Position numbers and translations under genes: made by a program. The notes below the pieces were generated by a model. It did not search any database. It saw only the letters and a list, made by a program, of their open reading frames with translations, and was not told the DNA's origin. A DNA stretch of 64,000 bases, from contig CDPCPM010000026.1 of the NCBI GenBank assembly GCA_976551045.1, forward strand, positions 21,824,001-21,888,000. Reading direction: 5' to 3'. Below are positions 40,835-51,830 of this stretch, in pieces. This DNA comes from Glaucostegus cemiculus (lineage: Eukaryota). Within the stretch, counting starts at the first letter, position 1. Each line of letters begins with the position of its first letter.

Positions 40835-41550
40835 AAGAGACACAAGATGCTTCAGATGCTGGAATCTGGAGCAATAAACAATCTGCTGGAGGGACTCAGT
40901 GAGTTGAGCAGCATCTGTAGGGGGTAGAGGAACTGTCACTGTGTCAGGACTGAGTGTGGAGAGGGAGAATAGCCAGTTTAAAGAAGAAAAGGGGAAGGAT
41001 AAGACAAGGGCCAGCAGGTGATTGGTAGACTAGGTGCGGGGAGGAGAAGGTGAGGGTGGAGACAGCTGCTGGAGGGTGAGAAGCAGGAACATAAAGGCTA
41101 CCAGTGCTGGAATCTGATGTGAGGAAGGTGATAATGGGAACTGTTAGGGGAGACGTAGCCAGATGGAACCAGATGGGGGAAGAGATTCAGTGGGTGAAAT
41201 GTGTGGGTGGTAGATGGATGGACTGTGAGGGGGATGGAAACAGATGATGGCAGCTTGGAGGGGAAGGGGTGTATGGGATAGGGGATAAAAATGGGAGGAC
41301 CAGAGGTGGATTGGAAGGAGAGGGTAAACCTGCCTCTGTTTCACAACTCCACCCCTGACGCTCCCCCACATAGCTTCATCTGCCCATCATTCTTCACTCC
41401 TTCTTGGTCCACCAATCACCTACTGCTCCCTATCTCACCCCTCCCCCTCTCCCCTTTATGCTTCTCCAGGCTCAGTTCTGATGCAGGTTCTTAACCCAAA
41501 ATGTTGACAATTCCCTTTCCCCTGACAGATACTGTGCAACCCATTAACTT
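40835..41550. mobile_element. Penelope-type element ends in inverted arrangement
   Basis: Reverse terminus at 40835-40950, purine-rich stretch, pyrimidine-rich stretch, then forward terminus 'cagttctgatgcaggttcttaacccaaaatgttgac'. Confidence 0.75.
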
Positions 41551-42724
41551 TCTCCAGTATCCATTAGTTTGGAGAAATATACAACTAGGCCAATTAGTTT
41601 TGAAACTAGGAAACATCTTTTCCACATGAAGGCAGGAGAATTCTGGAATTCTTTCATCAACAAGACAGTGAAGTTTTCATCACTGAGCTCATTAGATTTT
41701 TATTATGTTATTCTATCAAAGGATATTGATCCAGTCCAATTAATAGATTCGGATTTGTTGAGATCAAATTCAAAGACGTAATAGTCTCATTCATTTCAAA
41801 GTTCCTACATACTTAGGCTGAATGTAGTGCTGAACTTAATATCTAAAAAGCTGCTGTGAGTTGTGGGAATGTCAGATTTACACTAATAGTGCAATTTAGG
41901 TTTAGTCAGGTTCTTTTTGAAAAATAGCAGCTTGTTTATCCAGAAGTAAAATGTGCATTTGGAACATGATTTTTTTTTGCCTTGCACAACATTTCAAACT
42001 GTATTGACAATTCTCAGCAGATAAAATTGCAGTGAACTATTTTGTTATCTGTTTAAGAACAAAAAAATCTTACCTTATGGTTGTGGGAACTGTACAGTGG
42101 CGGGTAGATTCTGTAACTGAGCATGAATTCAATTCCTTAAAGGAAAGAGATACCTTTATTGATCATTTTTTCTCATCTCCATCCCAACAATACAGCAGAT
42201 AGTATTCCATCCATGGAAATCCAGACCTGGATGTGCACTTGTCCCCTTTACAGTTTGATAAATTGAAAGCATAAGCTTAATCCATTGTAATTTAGAAGAG
42301 GATGGCAAATATCCTTATTCTCTTGGAACAGTCTATTGCCAAATAAATGCTTCACATTTGGCATCCTGCAAATGTTCTCACATTCATTTCAATAATTAAT
42401 TATTTACTTTCAAGTTCACCTGAATTTCAGTCCCTGAGCCTGAAATGTTATCCCTAGGTGTTTACATAAGAAAGATTCAGCATCATAGAAGTCAACAAAC
42501 ATATTCCCTGTCACAGAAATTTTAGATTTCAAACCTATCAAAAACTTTTGGCCCAATCTTTAGGAAAGACTGTGACAGGGACAGGGAAAGGGTTTGCTGC
42601 AGGTGCCTATTTTTCCAGACCCTCCCCTGGCACATAGGGCAATGAAGGTGATGGGTATGTTAAATCTGTTTTAATCTTCATGTATTGTGACCTGGGGCAA
42701 TGAAAACTGTATGTGGCTTGGGTG

Positions 42725-42727
42725 GTG

Positions 42728-42775
<48 letters not shown>

Positions 42776-42787
42776 TGTGTGTGTGTG
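42725..42787. repeat. Compound microsatellite (GT)n(GCGT)n(GT)n
   Basis: Directly visible. Confidence 0.97.
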
Positions 42788-42822
42788 ATGAAGGTGTTCA
42801 TGGCTGCATGCCAACACACAGG

Positions 42823-43050
42823 TAGAGTGAGGGAAAGTGAGAGGGAAAGAACAGAGAGAGAGGGAAAGGAAGGAATGTGAAAGACAGAGAGAGAAAGGAA
42901 GAGAGAGAGAAAGAGAGAGTGGCAGAGATCCTCAAGAAACAAAACCATTAATGCAGAGAATACAGAGCAGAGTCAGAAGAGAAAGAAGCATAGACTGGAA
43001 GAAATAGCAGCATAGAGGTTGAAGGGGAAGAAAGGTAAAGAAAACAGTGA
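42823..43050. repeat. GA-rich polypurine low-complexity tract
   Basis: Directly visible. Confidence 0.8.
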
Positions 43051-43878
43051 CTGATAAATATTACAAGAAGAGCAAGCTTTCATTTGATTAACTCAAAGGC
43101 AGACGCCAGTAAAGTTATCTGCTGCAACTTATTTTGTTTAAAATGTGCTCCTTGTGTTGCTTTCTGAGTACTTCTTGAATGACTAATAGAATTTTATTCA
43201 ATAATGAGATTTGTTTAGGAGCAATGATATGAAATTTGTCCTGTGAAACTTTCTACCGAGCATTAAGATTAAGGGTTTAATTTGTACTTGTGTTATGGAA
43301 TGGAACCTGATTTTTTTCCAATGACTAGCCCCTATATTAAATGGCTCTTATACTAATGATAATTATACTTTATTTTGCATTGGTAAAAAAAGGACCAAAT
43401 TCAGTCTAAAGAAATAACTTAATTGCAAAGAAGTGTAAGAAATCAGCAGCTCAGGAAATTGTATGCTTGTCAAGTCCTGTGGCTGGGTGTTATTCAGAGT
43501 CATGTGCCTTTACCAAATGAGCTTCCAGACATTATTAATATGGGGAATTGGAAGAGGGAACCAATGGAAATGCAATGAATCTGGCTTTCAATGAACAATT
43601 CCAGTTATGTTTATTTCTAAACTAAGCCTTCTGGCGGAATGCTAATAACGTTTCATACTGTGGATGAATATGTATGTAGGATGTAGCTACAGATGACATA
43701 AAGCACACTAAATGTACTATCATTATCAGCACCATTCTTTACATGTGACAAGTATCAAACGAATAATTTAAGAATGGCATACCCAAAGTGTCACAAGTCT
43801 TTAGAACAATGTGTCATGTCTGACAATTAAAATTACACTTTTAGGTGCAAATGCAGTTTTGCATTTTGTTCTCTTCAG

Positions 43879-43970
43879 ACCTGCCAGCTCTCTGTGCATT
43901 TCCACAGTTCATTCCCGAATTTCCCAATTCAATGCTGATGATTCTGCCCTGAGTCTCAGAGAATGTAAAG
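43879..43970 (+). other. Candidate exon, product unrecognised
   Basis: Acceptor ttttgttctcttcag and donor AAG|gtgaga; 92 nt with one open frame (PASSLCISTVHSRISQFNADDSALSLRECK). Confidence 0.25.
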
Positions 43971-46359
43971 GTGAGAGTTACTTGGTGGGCTATATGTAAT
44001 CCCACAACACACACAGAGGAAATCTTTCAACAAGAAGAATGTTGTCAAGCACTGTATTAAGTTTCAAAGGGAGCATAAGAACAACAGATCAGTTAGCTTT
44101 ATCCCTAATTTATGGAAGGATTAATACATTTATGCAAGCATTTAATAGACATAAAAAATTATCTTGCACTAAAGCAGAACAGTGTAATTTTATATGACTA
44201 ACAAGAGCACTTTTACACTAAGCCAATGCATGCTAAACCCAACCATTTCCTTTGGAATTATTCTAGAAATTGCATTATAAAGCTTTATGAAAATCTCTAC
44301 AACATGCTAAATGAAACCTTCGCAATATCCAGGCTGTGCTCATGGGGTTAAACATGAAATTTATTTTTTCGAGAGGACCTTTCTTATCATGTTACTGTCA
44401 GCTCAAAAATGACATTTTCCTGCTCTGATTCTGAAGAGATAGGTCTGGGATTTTATTAGCTGTGCAGATACTGACTGCTGATCAACCTACGGAGACCCAT
44501 CAAGGACTGTTTTCAATCATAATCCCTGACCCTCAGTAACTTCCTCTTACCATCTATTGACATTGACCTTAAAATGCAGTAAGATAAGATAACAGATCCT
44601 GTTGTGTTTAAGAAATGTGTAGTCTCATGGAATTTGAAGAACTAATGCCTCATTGTCTAAAATGTTCCATTAAAAGTATGTTTTAGTCAATGTGATTTAT
44701 ACAAGAATGATGGGAAGATGGCAGATTCAGGCTGCTACATTTCCACTCTTAAAAGTTTGTACTGTTTTTAGGTAAGGGTAAGAAGGATGTCACTCTCGTG
44801 TTCTCCACTGCATTTTCCAAATTCCAATTCCCTTGGAAATTAAAGATAATCTGCTGTGGAGGTGCAAAGGCTTTGAAATTTTTTTTATTTGTTTATTGCT
44901 GCACCACTGACTTTCCAGAGATTGTATGGCAATGACATTAGCTCAGCATTGCATTGAAATAAATGAATAGGTGGAGTCAGACATCATCCTGCACCCAGTT
45001 TGCCAAATCACAGATAACACACTGGCTGAGTTTTCTGTAGGAACTGGAGGGAATGTGCATTTCGAAAGGACAGAACTAATGAATAGTTTAACTCCCATGA
45101 GGGCTTCTTCTTGAAGAAGTGGAATTTCTCATTTCTATTTTCTTGAAGGAAGGGTTTATTTTTAGAAGTCACTTTCCTTGACGCAAGATGTCTTCCAAGG
45201 CCTTAAAATGAACAGCAAATCATGTGATTCAAGAGTCATTATTTGTGCTCAACTGTAGTTAAAAACGTTTTGATTAAACCATGCTTTATATTTTCCTATC
45301 TCTTTTATTTTCCATAATTAAATGATTTTAAGTATTTCAGGTTCAACCTACATCAGTTTTTCGAAAATTGAATCACTTGACGGCTTTCTTTCTGTTTAAG
45401 TGTAACTTATGACTTGGGATATAGATCATTTGCCAGGCAGCTTCAAAATCAACAATTGGCACATACAATACTATAAATCCTATGCTCAGTTTACAGCCAG
45501 GAACTTACCCATCCCTTTAAGAGTTTCAATAATCAGAGCACTCAACTGACAGTAGTCAGTTTAATACAATCAGCATATTGCTATGGCCTGCATTTAAAGT
45601 GACAGCAATGACACAGAACTTCCGATAAGCGAAGGAGCTTTCTAATGTTGAAAGCTTTTTGGAAATGGAGGGAACTGAATATTGCTCCCTCGACTTTGCT
45701 CGCTTATCAAGACGGTGATATATCAGTTTAAGTGAAATACCAAGTACTTCCTACATTCGTCACTTAGAGGTTATATTTTCAGTTGTTTATATGCTGTGTA
45801 AATGCTGTGAATGAAAAGTGGCAGGGTGTTGGCAGCATTTGTCAATATGGCTGAGTGTTGGTACAGTTTTATCTCTCAATGAGCAGCACCAAAACAGATT
45901 GATTGGTTAAGTAACTCCTTTGTGGAATCATACAACATACACGTCGGCTGCCATATTTTCCAACAAAACAATAGTGTTTACTCTTTCAAAGTTACTCACG
46001 GACAAGAGAAGCTCTTGAGAATGCTGCTTAGATTTATACTCCTTCAAACACTGAGACAAATATTCGGTGAAAATTCTCTAAGGACATCTCCATGTGCCTA
46101 TTGAGTCTTGCTGAATTTATTAACCTGTTCAGTAAGATGGTAAGTATATCTGTGATTTCTTCATCTGGTACTTCTGATGAGAATGCAAATTTATTCATTT
46201 CTTTATGATGTTACTGCCATTGGAATAAAAACAATTCCCCCTGCCCTGGATGAACTGAATGGAGGATACATTGGCCTTGTTGTTGAAACATTTAAAGAAT
46301 CCGGAAGAGCTTTTGCCGTAGAATATGGATTTCATACCCATCATTTGGTTATCCAGGGT

Positions 46360-47260
46360 GGGCAATGTGACATGTATTGTTCCTAAAGGATCTAGATTGG
46401 GGCCTTGGTTCTTTTATAATTTACAATAATGAGAGCAGAATGAATCCAAGCTCATATATCCAAGTTTGGCAGTGACACTAAGTTCAGATCATTATGGATT
46501 CCATGTGGAGGAGTTGTAAAGGGCTATTGAGAAATTAAGTGTGAAGTTAAAGCAATGACAAATGGAGTTTAGAGTGGGAAAGCTTAAGTTCATCCATTTT
46601 TGATAAACAGAAACTTATTCTTAATGGTGAGTGACTAGGGACTGTGAAGAAGCAAGTAGATTTAGAGGAATAACAAAAGGGTATGCTATTTTTACAAAAA
46701 TGTAAGCATTAAGGCTAAAGGATTGTTGTCCTTAATCTGAGGAGAATTCAGATTCAAAAATGATATTAGTCTGGTCACGTCCTGTATGAGAATTTTGTAT
46801 AGTTTTGAACTTCAAACCTTGGGAATGATGCATTTACCTTGAAAGAGTTACAATGCAGATTCATCAGAATAACATTAGAAAATTAAAATGATAAGGATAG
46901 GTTGTATAAACTGACTTGAATTCCCTTGAATTTAAAAGGCCATTAGAACAAAAAAGGTATTTGATAGGATTGGCACAGAGAAGGTATTTCCTTTAGTGGG
47001 GAATCCAAAACATAAAGACATCATCTTAAAATTTAGAGCCACTTAAGTGGGAAATGAGGAAGCAATTTCTCACACAGTGACTCCCCAAAAGACTACAGAT
47101 GCTAGGTCAATTGAAATGTTCAAGACTGCGATGGACTGGTTTGTGTCAGGCAATATGAAACAAAAGTGATGAACAGAGTTGAGGTACAGATAGGTCAAGA
47201 CCTAAGTAGCAGAATGATTTGAGGAGATGAATGGCCTAGTTATGCTCTTCATTCCCATAT
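46360..47260 (+). mobile_element. Old CR1 LINE, RT to 3' end
   Basis: 'gtgacatgtattgttcctaaaggatctagattggggcc' is a decayed GVPQGSVLGP; 'tccaagtttggcagtgacactaag' a decayed KFADDTK; CR1-like 3' UTR 'gaatggcct'. Confidence 0.8.
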
Positions 47261-47454
47261 TCCTACTAGGAAACTGTACTTATCCTCTGACTTAGTTTGT
47301 ATTGACTTACTAATATAACATTCTGTTCTCTTAATTGATTGGTACTCTATAATTGCTTCAGTGCTAATTAATGCTTGTTTCAAGTGCTGTGCCATAATGC
47401 CTGATGAGCGTTACTCTTCAGGATTGACCCGCGGGCTGAAAAATCATTGTTAAC

Positions 47455-48443
47455 GCTCCAGCAGTCTCTTCCCTTGCTTCCCATAGTAACCTGGGACTTA
47501 TCTATCCTAATGATTTTTAGTAGCTCCAACACTGCTTCTTTCTTAACCTTAACATGCTCCAACACATTTGCCTGCTGTACACTAACCTCACATTCGTCTA
47601 AGTCCCTCTGCCTGGTGAACACTGAAGCAAAGTATTCATTCAGGACCTCCCCTATCTCCTTCGCCTCCAGACACATTTTCCCACCTTATTCCTGAGGGGT
47701 CCTACCCTCACCCTAGTTGTCCTTTTGTTTCTCATATACATATAGAATGCCTCAGTGTTTTCCTTAACTCTACTTGCTAAAGCCTTCTCATGTCCCTTCT
47801 AGCTCTCCTAAGTCCCTTCTTAAGGTCCTTCCTGGCTACCACATAACTCTCAAGAGCTCTGATTGATTTTTGCTTCCTAAACCTTAAATAAGCTTCTTTC
47901 TTCCTCTTGACTAAACCTTCCGCCTCTCTTGTTAACCATGGTTCCTTCAGCCTACCATCCTTTCCTTGTCTCCGTGTGGACAAACCTATCTAGAACTTCA
48001 TGTAATTGGTCCCTAAACAACATCCACATTTTTGTGTTGCATTTACCAGAGAACATCTATTCCCAATTTACGCTCCCAAGTTCCTGCCTAATACCATCAT
48101 AATTTGCCCTCCCCCAATTAAATACTTTCCCATAATGTCTGCTCCTATCTTTGTCCATGGCTATGCTAAAGGTCAGGGAGTTGTGGTCACTGTCCTCGAA
48201 ATGGTCTCCCACTGAGAGGTCTGTCACCTGACCAGGTTCATTAGAATGTACCAGATCCAGTATGGCCTCTACTTTAGTCGGCCCGTCTACATACTGTGTC
48301 AGGAATCCTTCCTGGAAACACATAACAAATTCTGCCCCATCTAACCATTTTTGCACTAAGGAGGTGCCAATCAATATTAGGGAGTTGAAGTCACCCATGA
48401 CAACAACCCTGTTATTTTTGCACCTTTCCAAAATCTGCCTAGT
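47455..48443 (-). mobile_element. CR1 ORF2 endonuclease/linker fragment
   Basis: 'RVVVMGDFN', 'FLTQYVDGPT...ILDLV', 'SDHNSLTF' (APE endonuclease) and 'EVLNEYFASVFT'. Confidence 0.95.
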
Positions 48444-48576
48444 GATCAATCCAAAACCTGCCATACTTAACATCTTTACTCTTTCTCCAATGCTACTGAA
48501 AATTTCTAAGTGTGTTTAAATGTTAATGCACATGGTGGATAATGCAGTTGGTCATAACAATTGCTTTACTGCTCTA

Positions 48577-48879
48577 CGGCACGGTAGCATAGTGGTTAGC
48601 ACAATGCTTTACAGTGCCAGCGACCCGGGTTCAAATCCGGCCACTGTCTGTAAGGAGTTTGTATGTTCTCCCCGTGCCTGTGTGGGTTGCCTCTGGGTCC
48701 TCCGGTTTCCTCCCACATTCCAAAGACATACAGGTTAGGAAGTAATGGGCATCCTATGTTGGCGCCAGACGTGTGGCGACACTTGTGGGCTGCCCCCCAA
48801 AATCACTATGCAAAAGATGTATTTCACTTTGTGTTTTGATGTACATGTGACTAATAAAGATCTTATCTTATCTTATCTT
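48577..48879 (+). mobile_element. tRNA-derived V-domain SINE (HE1-like), full length
   Basis: A-box-like 'tagcatagtgg', B-box 'ggttcaaatcc' (48628-48638), V-type core, aataaa and (tctta)n tail. Confidence 0.92.
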
Positions 48880-50349
48880 TAACTGTTGTGATTAACTTCT
48901 GGAAGCCTTGGTCACCATTGATCCATGGGATTGAATAATCACTGTTCATGACTATGACTGGACAACATTCAGCTAATTTCACTTTGGTATTCATTAAAGC
49001 TTTGTTCACAATCTCAAGCCATCTTCAATGAATAGCAAAATGGTTTCAGGATCGGATACCTCTGTCTTAACTGCTGAGCATGTGGTTGCAAGGAAGCAAC
49101 CTGTATTTCCAGCAGCCAGCACAATCATTGCATTAGACACAAAACCTGTGGATTTCAATTTCATACAAGTAAGAAAATGTTTCTTTCAGGGGCAAAGTTT
49201 ATATTTTTAAGAGGTATGAATTGCTGAGTGGAATTAAAGTTTGTAATTACCTTACATCTTCAATCTTAACCCAGGTTTGTACTCTTGCAAGTAGTTGGTA
49301 TTTTTGTTTATCTCTGACCAATATAAACATAAAGTTGGTAAGAGCCTATTTTAGCAACATGACTGATGCAAGCTTTTGTGCTTCAAAGTGAAAAACTAGA
49401 CTGAAATGGGAAAACTGGATGTGTGTTTCCTGGAAGAGCTCCCTCTATGGGAAGTGTTTTACATGGGAGTATTACCAATTGGTTTCCAAAGTCCAACTTC
49501 TGGAAAGATTTGCAACCTTAATGGTGAGCATACTAGGATTAGAATGCAGTTCTATGGGTAATTTTCAGGTTAGAACAGAAAGGATTGTTTAAGTTTTCAC
49601 GTTGCTGGCTAAAAGTTCTGTTCTAGAGTGAGGAACTAGAGTTCTAGGGTATATTTATTGTCATAATCCTGGGATACACTGACCACTTCTGGTTCAAAAG
49701 CAAACTTTACAATTAATCTTAATTGAAGTAATAGAAAGTAAATTCCAAAAGTTTACTCACTTAGAATCTCAGAACTTGGAAAAGTGTCTAGAACTTGGCT
49801 CCCTCCAAATTCTATTACTATAATGATGTTAATATCTAATTTATTAATACTTTTAATTTTGTATGGAGTTTTGAATAAAATATACTTTATTAATGTGCAA
49901 ATTGAACAGCGCCTGCTCTTTACCAGAACACCACTGTCAGTAATTATGAAACCCTAGAGTATGTAGTAGGAATGGGTTAATTGTATTAGAACTGGACCTG
50001 CTATATCGTATTCAGGTTTCAATTTAGAATGACATCTTGCTGAAAATGTGTAGAACAGTATCGTATTTGGTGTACTAGAGGGATGTGGAAGGTTCAGCAT
50101 TGGAGGCATGGGTTACTGATTCTCGTGTGAGCTGCTCCTGCAATTTTATTGGAGCATTATTGGCAAGAAGATTATAAACTCTGAGATGCTGCTGAATCCT
50201 TGGGAAACAAGGCCAGAAAAGATGGTACAAAAAGTTTTTGTGCTAGCCTCATCACAACATCATTACTTACATATACTGACATTAATTTGAAAGCCATATA
50301 ATACTGGATTTTGAGCCATTAAGCAGAGTAGCTATCTTAAAACAGAATA

Positions 50350-50700
50350 ATACATTACAGAAGGTGGCCTTAGCATACATCAGCTTTGTGCTATCTCTTT
50401 CAACAAACAGTTCAGTTGGTCCCACTCCCCTGCCCTTTCACCATATCTTTTTCTCCTTGATGAATTTATTTGTTCCTTTTGAAGGGTGCTGTTGAATCTG
50501 TACCGACCATTCTTTCAGGCATTCTATGCCAAATGTTAATCACTTACTCAGTGATGCCCTTGGCTATTTTGCCAATCATCTTAAATCCAAACCCTCTCAT
50601 AATAGACCCTCAGCGGTGGAAATGATTTCTATTTATTTACACTGTCTAGAATCTTCATGATTTTATTAAATCATCACTTGGTCTTTTCTGCTCTATTACA
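50350..50700 (-). mobile_element. Old CR1 3' fragment
   Basis: 'ctatttatttacactgtctagaatcttcatgattttattaaa' and the 3' UTR resemble the other reverse CR1 copies. Confidence 0.6.
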
Positions 50701-50984
50701 AACAATCACAACTTCTCCATTTTATTCACACAACTATAATTTGCCATGTACCACTGCAATAAATTGGATTTTTATTCAACTGTTTATTATTTGGAAAGTA
50801 AATGATGGTGGCATGGCCAGTAATTATTGCCCAGGGCAAGATGTTCTGAATCCAGGCCACTGAAATAGTCCATTATGAGTAGCCCAAAGGAAAGACGTCC
50901 TTGGACAGTGATTGGCCGTCAAAGAACAATGGGGTTATACTTAAAGGTTGATGGCAAATAGATTTTCTGTTATTAATTTTCAGG

Positions 50985-51830
50985 AGCATCACTGGTATGG
51001 CCTAGCATTAATGGCCCATTCATAATTGTCCTTAAGATGATAGTGGGCCACCATTTTGAACCTTTGCAGTCCTCCTGGTGAAGATGCTCCCACAGTGCAG
51101 TTGTGGAGGGAGTTACAGGATTTAGACTCAGGTCCGGTGATACATATCCAAATCAGGATGGTTGGAGGGAACTCTACAAATGGTATAGTTTTTGGGGGCC
51201 TGCTGCCCTGGTCCTTCTTGGTGATGGAGGGTTCATGGGTTTGGAAGTGTTGTTCGGTAGCATAGGTAAGTAACTGCAGTGCTTTTTGCAGATGATGCAC
51301 ACAGCAGCAACGTTACTCTGGTGGTGAGCAAGTGAATGTCTTGGACTGCTTTGTTCTGGATGGCACTGAGTCTCTTGAATGGTGTTGGAATTGCTTTCAT
51401 CCATGTATGTGGCAATTATTTCATCATCCTCTTGACGTGCCTTGCTGATGATGTAGAAGCTTGGGGTGTTAGGAGGTGAGCCACTTACCATGGAAAACAC
51501 TGGCTCTCACCTGTTCTTGTAGCAACAATAACTATTTGACTGGTTAAGTTGAGTTTTCAGTGATGACTCCCAGAATATTGATGCTGATGCACCCTGCAAT
51601 GGTAATGCCACTGAATGTGAAGAGTAGGTGGTTAGATTGTCCCTTGTTGGAAATAGTCATTGTCTGCATAAGTGTTGGTTGCCAGTTATCAGCCAATGCC
51701 TGAATGCCCTCCAGGTCTGACTGCATGCAGGCATGGACCATTTAACTTGCTGAGGAATTATGCAATCATCAGTGAACATCTCCACTTCCTACCTTATGAT
51801 GGAAAGAAGGTCATTGATGAAGCAGCTGGA
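50985..51830 (-). mobile_element. Second LINE family 3' fragment
   Basis: Reverse homologue of 26740-27390 ('LADNWQ', 'INILGV', 'AIQNKA'). Confidence 0.8.

Noticed and set aside
20662-45701. Identical 14-mer cctcgactttgctc at 20662 and 45688
   Set aside because: Several exact 14-mer matches are expected by chance in 64 kb, and the flanks do not align.
46177-46386. About 60-70 codons open on both strands
   Set aside because: No recognisable homology; the right end and its putative acceptor lie inside a CR1 relic.
47402-47445. CTGATGA...GAAA hammerhead-like spacing
   Set aside because: Stem II cannot close next to the core and there is no convincing stem I or III.
48577-48650. tRNA-like sequence with A and B boxes
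   Set aside because: It is the head of a SINE, continuing into SINE core and tail; no complete cloverleaf.
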